A DNA stretch of 32,000 nt from Nitrosarchaeum sp. (GTDB lineage Archaea > Thermoproteota > Nitrososphaeria > Nitrososphaerales > Nitrosopumilaceae). The stretch is from positions 219,632 through 251,631 of the forward strand of contig JAHFUM010000001.1 of assembly GCA_023265135.1 (NCBI GenBank), written 5' to 3'. A model generated the notes under the pieces. It saw nothing but the letters and a program-made list of their open reading frames with translations. It did not search any database and had not been told where the DNA came from. The position numbers were made by a program, and so were the translations under genes. Positions 25,976 to 32,000 of this stretch are shown piece after piece. Each line of letters begins with the position of its first letter. The first letter of the stretch is position 1.

Positions 25976-27379
25976 ATGAAGTTAGTTGTAGCCAAGTTTG
26001 GTGGAAGTGCAATTGGTATTGACGGTATTTCAATTCCATTAATTATTGACAGAATTAATGATTTAAAGCGAGATTCCAAGGTTATCGCAGTCTTTTCAGC
26101 ACCCCTTACAACTCAAAATGGAAAAAAATGCTCACTTACAGACGTAATTTTAGAGCAAGGAAGAAACGTGGAAAATGGAACCAAGGCGACTTTGGATTCT
26201 GTAAAATCATGTTATCAAAAAATTCTGGAATCAGTAGATTCGAAAAACAAAGAAGATTGCCAAAAAAGCATAGATTTTTTCCTAAAAAAAGCAGAAAAAG
26301 CGTTAGATGAGGCACTAGAGAAAAAAGAATTTGCAGATGAGATACGTTCACGCTCATTGGCTTTTTCAGGGGAAATTTTGATGTCACATGTGATGAATTA
26401 CATTCTCAAAAGTAACGGAATTAAATCAAATGCAGTAAGTTACGATGACTGGCCAATAATCACAGATCACAACATAGAATCCACGAATTTTCTTGCAGTA
26501 AAATCTAGAGAAAATCTGGACAAAACGGCCAAACTTGTGGAAGAAAATGAGGTAGTTACAATAGGCGGTTTTATAGGCAAAACTCTAGATGGAATTACTA
26601 CCACCTATGAGCGAGGAGGTTCTGATAGAACTGCAGCTGATCTTGGAATATTATTTCATAAAAAATATGAAACCAGCATAGACTTTGAAAAAGATAGCTC
26701 TGTAGTATCTGCGGATCCAAAAATTGTTGAATCTGGATTGACTGAAGTAGATCAACTTTCATACAATGAAGCAAGATTGGCAGGAATGTTTGGAATGAAG
26801 ATTTTGGATCCCATTGCAATAAAAGAGATTGTAGAAAATGGAGTCGATATGCCAATTATTGTCACAAATATGAAAGATCCATCAAAGACTACTATAATCA
26901 AGAGAGTTCCAGATAGTAAAGATGAGCATCCAATTAAAATAATCACTGGAAAAGAGAATTGTGCAATTTTTAAAATTGAAACAAATTCAGCGCAAAAATT
27001 GTTAGTGTCTCTGGAAAAAGATAAGCGGTATAGCGAATATGTGATATTGTCTCCATTTACAAAAGATGGTGTTGAATTTTCAAGAATATTATTTTTAGAT
27101 GGAGATTATGTCAAAAGAAATGAAAAATATTTTCTAGGTTTTGATCCACTTGCATCAATTACATACAACAGAGGAGTAATCACTTTGATTGGGGACGAGA
27201 TGTGGAAAGTGCAGCAAGTAGCATCACGAACCAGTGCAAAGATTGGTGAAGCTGGACTCAACATTTTGAATATGGATGCACAAGAAGAGACTTCAAGAAT
27301 AATTATTGTTATTGAAGATTCCAAAGACAACATCAAAAAAGCAATAAATGCAGTTCATCAAGTAAAGTCTGAAATTTAA
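25976..27379 (+). CDS. aspartate kinase (amino-acid kinase domain plus C-terminal ACT-like region)
   Basis: 467 aa. Motifs KLVVAKFGGSAIG and YERGGSDRTAADLG. C-terminus ITLIGDEMWKVQQVASRTSAKIGEAGLNILNM is ACT-like. Confidence 0.7.
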   Translation: MKLVVAKFGGSAIGIDGISIPLIIDRINDLKRDSKVIAVFSAPLTTQNGKKCSLTDVILEQGRNVENGTKATLDSVKSCYQKILESVDSKNKEDCQKSIDFFLKKAEKALDEALEKKEFADEIRSRSLAFSGEILMSHVMNYILKSNGIKSNAVSYDDWPIITDHNIESTNFLAVKSRENLDKTAKLVEENEVVTIGGFIGKTLDGITTTYERGGSDRTAADLGILFHKKYETSIDFEKDSSVVSADPKIVESGLTEVDQLSYNEARLAGMFGMKILDPIAIKEIVENGVDMPIIVTNMKDPSKTTIIKRVPDSKDEHPIKIITGKENCAIFKIETNSAQKLLVSLEKDKRYSEYVILSPFTKDGVEFSRILFLDGDYVKRNEKYFLGFDPLASITYNRGVITLIGDEMWKVQQVASRTSAKIGEAGLNILNMDAQEETSRIIIVIEDSKDNIKKAINAVHQVKSEI

Positions 27380-27387
27380 TAAGTGAA

Positions 27388-27500
27388 AAGTGGCGTTACG
27401 GGCTTTCACCAGTACCGCCATTAAGGGTTTGTTCATGGACCGTTATCATGATTTAGTCCGGCGTTACCCAAAAACACGCGTTAAGTATAGTTGTTTTTTC
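27388..27500 (+). ncRNA. candidate structured RNA or bidirectional terminator in a GC-rich island (class unknown, strand uncertain)
   Basis: Local GC is clearly above the surroundings. Hairpins 27392-27419 and 27425-27469. GGCGTTAC occurs twice, and each copy is complementary to GTACCGCC. A T-run lies at 27491-27499. Confidence 0.3.
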
Positions 27501-27560
27501 TAGTATTTAGAGATAATCTATATAGATCAGTTTAGATAGGCTCGGTCAAATACGAAAATA

Positions 27561-29414
27561 TTATTCGACTAACCAGTTTCTATGTAAAACCATAGAATTT
27601 GCACTATGTGATGTAAAACATCCACCAAATTCTTGAGTCGGTTTCAGTAATTTTTCAAATCCTTCCTTACATTCTAGATTAATATCGGGGATTCCAGATT
27701 CTCTTTGATCTTTTATCGATAATCCCATATCTTTGAGAGGAAGTCCTGATGATAATTCATCAGTAATTATGACTGTTGCACTTACTTGATCATCCTGATT
27801 GGGAAGGAAATCTTGATTGGGAGTAATATCTTCTCCTCTCATCTGATCCTCCTCAAAAGAGTTTGCACCAAAACCAAGTGGACTTAATTTCATTTGATTG
27901 CTATCCCAATCTTGAAATCCTGCAAGAACTTGACCAGGGGAACTTGGACAGTTTGTAATAGTGCTAAAATTGTTAAGATCGGCTACTATACCTGTATCTA
28001 CTACATCTCCATCACGATTCCAATCAAAAGCCTGACCAGTTACATTAACCCATAGAGGAGTTGGTGAATAGACAGTTTTCAATCCAAGTGGTAAACTAGC
28101 TCCAACTCCGACTGATTCAGAGAGTGAATTTTCATTTAATGATGGTAATGCTGATCTAGAAAAATCCAATAGTCTGTTAGTACCAAATTTGTCAAACTGG
28201 AATGAAGGATTCATCACACTAAGATAGTTTGGTTTACAACTCATAGTGCTATTGCCACCATGATCAAGGTAGAGATTATGTCCTATCTCATGCAATAAGG
28301 TTCCTTGTTGTTGATCTTTAGTACCTACCTTACCATCAAAAGAACCTAATGAGATCATAGCATCATTTCCTGGCATTTCAGATATACCTGATGACGCCAA
28401 ATTAGAAGCGCCAGATTGTTGATGTGTGAAAATTACATAATGAAATACTTGGGCTTTTTGACTTCGTTGAGAGCTATTCCATATATTATTGAGAGGTTCA
28501 TTTGGAATGGTATATCCTCGTTCCGTTGCATTTCCAAACCACCAATATTTTAATTGATCAAATCCAGGAGTGCTACTACTTCCTGCCCATGGAATTGTGT
28601 CAACGTGTGGAAGTTCTTCATCTAATTGTGCATGAAAAGTTATACCCATAACATTATTTGCTGATACATAGTTTGAATTTGCAAACGTATCATTAATTGC
28701 AGATATTACATCGTCTCCTGGCTTGTGTCCCAACATCCAATCAATTTCATAATATAGATCAGCTTTTGTAGGAGATGGGCAAGCAGTTCTCCAGTGAGTA
28801 GAGTTGGGAGTACAATCTATAAAATAAGGTACTATAGATGGCGATGATGAATTTGTTATAACACATAATCCTTGTTTACCAGAACATATAGTTCCTGGTG
28901 GAAATAATGAAGGGTTTTCCCATGCATCACAAATACCATCTCCATCGGTATCACCACCATTATTATTAACATTACAGGTGGATGAACCTGGATCTATCAT
29001 TTTTTTATTTTTTTTGTAATCTGCTGATAATGAACTAGTTGAAAATATATTTGCACTACTAGAAGTAAAACCTGAAGCAGTTAAATTGATTTGTTGGCCT
29101 GCAGCTGTTGTAAAAAAATCCGAAGAGCCACTAGTAGATGTTGTAAATTTTATAAAATTACTTGAATAATCATTAGTCGTACCAACTTTGAAGAGAGTAA
29201 AAGTTTTACCGCTTGGTACTGATGGACCAGTCAAAGTGGCAGTCATATTGTCAGCACCGTTTGCACCAGTGCAATCAATACATGAAATAACACCACTGTG
29301 TTCTAATACAATTCTTGTTTGATCAAAACTCAGCGAATTAGATGCATAAACATTATAGAAACTAAACGTAGATATCAAAATTACAAAAAACAATATTGTG
29401 TTTTTGTATATCAT
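27561..29414 (-). CDS. secreted metzincin-type zinc metallopeptidase with Ca-binding-like Asp repeats and a C-terminal Cys module
   Basis: The ORF track starts at TTG 29462. The ATG at 29414 gives signal peptide MIYKNTILFFVILISTFSFYNVYA. Motifs are HEIGHNLYLDH (HExxHxxxxxH), GGDTDGDGICDAWE, and C-terminal CKEGFEKLLKPTQEFGGCFTSHSANSMVLHRNW. Confidence 0.7.
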   Translation of the reverse strand: MIYKNTILFFVILISTFSFYNVYASNSLSFDQTRIVLEHSGVISCIDCTGANGADNMTATLTGPSVPSGKTFTLFKVGTTNDYSSNFIKFTTSTSGSSDFFTTAAGQQINLTASGFTSSSANIFSTSSLSADYKKNKKMIDPGSSTCNVNNNGGDTDGDGICDAWENPSLFPPGTICSGKQGLCVITNSSSPSIVPYFIDCTPNSTHWRTACPSPTKADLYYEIDWMLGHKPGDDVISAINDTFANSNYVSANNVMGITFHAQLDEELPHVDTIPWAGSSSTPGFDQLKYWWFGNATERGYTIPNEPLNNIWNSSQRSQKAQVFHYVIFTHQQSGASNLASSGISEMPGNDAMISLGSFDGKVGTKDQQQGTLLHEIGHNLYLDHGGNSTMSCKPNYLSVMNPSFQFDKFGTNRLLDFSRSALPSLNENSLSESVGVGASLPLGLKTVYSPTPLWVNVTGQAFDWNRDGDVVDTGIVADLNNFSTITNCPSSPGQVLAGFQDWDSNQMKLSPLGFGANSFEEDQMRGEDITPNQDFLPNQDDQVSATVIITDELSSGLPLKDMGLSIKDQRESGIPDINLECKEGFEKLLKPTQEFGGCFTSHSANSMVLHRNWLVE

Positions 29415-29546
29415 ATAACGTGTATTGAAGACATATTTATAAGAATTTCCTAAAATCAACAAAAATAAGACAATAAAAAAAACATAGTTTCTTAAATTAC
29501 TAATCTTTGAAGATTGCTGAATTATTTTTCCAGTTTTTAAATAATT

Positions 29547-31439
29547 CTAGTCATAAATTCTTCCAGGATATATTTTTGTAAAATATTGTTTTAATAGTTC
29601 TTGAGCCTTCTGATCCTCTGTATGCATCTGATTTACTGCCTGCTCACGTTTAGAATTTGCAGGCAGATCATATGAAAAAATATCATTGATTCTATCATAT
29701 GATTCATTTTGACATTTTGGACATAAATCATTCATTATGCTTTGAGCCTTATTTTGTTGCTGTTCCTTTGCATCTGCAAAGCGATGATCCATCCTATCAA
29801 ATCCAAAAATTGCCTGACCGTCTGAATATCCAAATCCTAGCTGTTCTATTGCAGTAATTTTTTGTTGATTCAAGATATCACTGTCTACTACATTTGGTTT
29901 TATGTAATCACGGTTCCAAATTTTATCCATAGTCCAAGTATTTCCTTGATCATCTATTGCGGTATTTTTTCCAGTCTCTGTTAGTTTGTATATGTGACCT
30001 TGGAATATTCCAGAATATTGCTCGGGAGGATTCATTGATTCGCCTGTTATCTGTATTCCATGGTTAAAGTAATTTTGCCAGCCATTTCGTTGAAAATCCC
30101 AGATGTTTGTAGCTATCATGTTATACTCTAATGGTTCCCGAAATGCATGACGGAATGTAAATTCACGACAAACAGCATTGCTGCTATCACCACATCGTAC
30201 ATCTGCTGTAGTTACATTGACTTCTCCAAGTACGTAATGTGGATCAAATGTAGTGACAAATTCCTTACCATCAAATGTTCTATCATATTCTATAGTAGCC
30301 CGTCCCTCGTTGAAAGTTTCGCCTTTGCCTAATCCATATGATAATCCAACGTGAGCAATGTTATCCAAACCTTCTTCTTCATAGATTTTGAGCTTGATTG
30401 TATTGTTTTGCCCAACTGCAGTTGTGATGAGTGGATATAGTGTATAGTATTGCAACACATCAATTGGGTTATCATTAAATGAAAATCCTCCATATACAAT
30501 TCTTTTTTGATTTTCGTTTAATCCTATTGTTGGTGGAGTAGAATGATTGCTTCCTCCCCCTTCAAGTAAAGATGCTATGAAATTAAGTACAAGGCCAGGC
30601 CTCACAGTTAGACCACCACCTCCAGTTCCAGATCCATCATCATACAGGTCTAACCCTTTTGAAAGCCCATTATATGTAACAGTCACTTCTGCAGTGTCAT
30701 CATCATTCGGATCATCAAAATCAGCAATAATTGAACCCTTTCCGATTACTGATGGAAGAATTTGTCCGCTATAATATTTAAAATCATATTTATCCTCAAA
30801 TACCAAAATATCCCCTTTTGAAACATGTAATGTTCCAGTGGTCTCATCAGTGGAACTAGCAGAAAATTTTACTTGTCCTGTAAATGTACATGTATTATCA
30901 CCAGTTTCAGTTAGAATAAGTCCAACACCATCAAGATCAGTGTTTGAGTATACTTTGAATCCATTATCAAAGAGCGAACTACTCCTACTGTCAAGCTGAG
31001 TAATTGTATTATCATCAGCACAACCAGATAGAGGATCAATGGTATAAATTAAATTTACAATGTCTGTTATTTGAAATTTATAATTACCCTTGAGAAAGAC
31101 AAAATTTGTTCCTTCAAATATTCCTGTATTAGGACCTGTTTCATTCAAAATATATGCTGTCACATTAGGATCATTAACTGAAGTTACAGATACAGTTATG
31201 GTATCATAAACACCATTTATTGTAAAATTACTTTCATCAGTTGCATCAACACGAACTGTTAATGGAGAATCAGCAATAATATTTCCAGTCATTGGAGATG
31301 CTGAAGGAATAGAACCTGGACCTGGAGGTAAGACAAATCCACCATAAATCCACTCTATTGAATTAACTGCATATACATTGTGTGAAAATATTGCAAGTGT
31401 AAAAATAATTGCGATTAATGCAAAATATTTCAAATACAT
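29547..31439 (-). CDS. large secreted protein, function unknown
   Basis: 630 aa. Signal peptide MYLKYFALIAIIFTLAIFSHNVYA. Repeated ETG-x-NTG-x-F-x-G motifs (NETGPNTGIFEG, TETGDNTCTFTG) and a Gly-rich hinge GSGTGGGG. Confidence 0.7.
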   Translation of the reverse strand: MYLKYFALIAIIFTLAIFSHNVYAVNSIEWIYGGFVLPPGPGSIPSASPMTGNIIADSPLTVRVDATDESNFTINGVYDTITVSVTSVNDPNVTAYILNETGPNTGIFEGTNFVFLKGNYKFQITDIVNLIYTIDPLSGCADDNTITQLDSRSSSLFDNGFKVYSNTDLDGVGLILTETGDNTCTFTGQVKFSASSTDETTGTLHVSKGDILVFEDKYDFKYYSGQILPSVIGKGSIIADFDDPNDDDTAEVTVTYNGLSKGLDLYDDGSGTGGGGLTVRPGLVLNFIASLLEGGGSNHSTPPTIGLNENQKRIVYGGFSFNDNPIDVLQYYTLYPLITTAVGQNNTIKLKIYEEEGLDNIAHVGLSYGLGKGETFNEGRATIEYDRTFDGKEFVTTFDPHYVLGEVNVTTADVRCGDSSNAVCREFTFRHAFREPLEYNMIATNIWDFQRNGWQNYFNHGIQITGESMNPPEQYSGIFQGHIYKLTETGKNTAIDDQGNTWTMDKIWNRDYIKPNVVDSDILNQQKITAIEQLGFGYSDGQAIFGFDRMDHRFADAKEQQQNKAQSIMNDLCPKCQNESYDRINDIFSYDLPANSKREQAVNQMHTEDQKAQELLKQYFTKIYPGRIYD

Positions 31440-31523
31440 GTTATATCCGCTCCAAGATTTGTGAAGATATAAAATAATTCACAAGTAAATATTTGATATT
31501 GCATATTTAAGAATATGTTAAGG

Positions 31524-32000
31524 TCATTTATCTGATACAGAATAAACAGGATAAGATTGCTTAAAACCTAAAGAGAAATCATTGATTTCTTTAAATTGAT
31601 AATTTTTGAATTCTCTGATCATCAGAAAGAGATCATTGCCAACAATAAATTGGTTTTTGGCTGCTAAACGATTGATTTTTGAGCACATATTTACTGGTGG
31701 TCCCACCATGTCAAATCGTTCAGAAATGTTAGTCTTCATTAATAAAACAGTACCATAATCTGCACTAACTCTAAAGTTAATACTTGGCAGTTGTTCACTT
31801 GTTAGTTGTCTAGATAAATATTTTTGAGATCGCGTCATATCCAAACCACACTCAATGCAGTTAGTAAGACCTTGTTTATCAGAGTCAGGAAAATAGTAGA
31901 ATAGACAATCTCCTATATTTTTAATTACAATGCCATCATATCTAGAAAGAATTTGTGACATTGAATTTAGAAAAACTTGGTAGTATCGCGCTGATTTTAT
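31524..32000 (-). CDS. class III nucleotidyl (adenylate/guanylate) cyclase domain protein, N-terminus outside window
   Basis: Motifs GIVIKNIGDCLFYYF, FRVSADYGTVLL and FDMVGPPVNMCSKINRLA match the cyclase catalytic domain. The frame stays open from 31961 to the window edge. Confidence 0.65.
   Translation of the reverse strand: MKSARYYQVFLNSMSQILSRYDGIVIKNIGDCLFYYFPDSDKQGLTNCIECGLDMTRSQKYLSRQLTSEQLPSINFRVSADYGTVLLMKTNISERFDMVGPPVNMCSKINRLAAKNQFIVGNDLFLMIREFKNYQFKEINDFSLGFKQSYPVYSVSDK

Noticed and set aside
25566-27336. Antisense and alternative-frame ORFs inside the glycosyltransferase and aspartate kinase genes (25566..25910, 26128..26310, 26136..26387, 26598..26855, 26752..26946, 27106..27336)
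   Set aside because: They overlap well-supported plus-strand genes and show no motifs.
27388-27500. GC-rich island tested as a tRNA or a C/D box sRNA
   Set aside because: No 7-bp acceptor pairing or T-loop could be found on either strand. No proper C box (RUGAUGA) and D box (CUGA) pair is present in the right order. It is kept only as an unclassified candidate.

Overview
AT-rich archaeal chromosome segment. The gene content looks like a marine ammonia-oxidising thaumarchaeon (Nitrosopumilus-like): group II chaperonin, deoxyhypusine synthases, pyruvoyl arginine decarboxylase, an archaeal-type tRNA promoter, and many small orphan genes. Left third (1-11 kb) is housekeeping: TPR fragment, SSS transporter, a divergent thermosome paralogue, a dys/pdaD/dys-like polyamine-hypusine cluster, ArsR plus radical SAM, and a translationally coupled CcdA-YHS-thioredoxin operon whose YHS gene is missing from the ORF track. 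Middle (11.8-16.6 kb) is a same-strand orphan cluster. It encodes two cytoplasmic proteases of different clans (trypsin-like serine and gingipain/C25-like cysteine), small membrane proteins and two paralogous helical-repeat proteins. I rate it the best candidate for an undescribed system, as inference only. Directly next to it (17590-24764) is a ~7.2 kb integrated element in the 3' end of tRNA-Val(UAC). It is bounded by a 38-bp direct repeat and carries a tyrosine integrase, three small DNA-binding proteins and two modular secreted proteins. Right third: glycosyltransferase, aspartate kinase, a GC-rich structured intergenic island (candidate ncRNA), two large secreted proteins (one a metzincin-type metalloprotease) and a partial class III cyclase. 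No rRNA genes and no CRISPR array were seen. All functional calls come from by-eye motif recognition; no database search was run.
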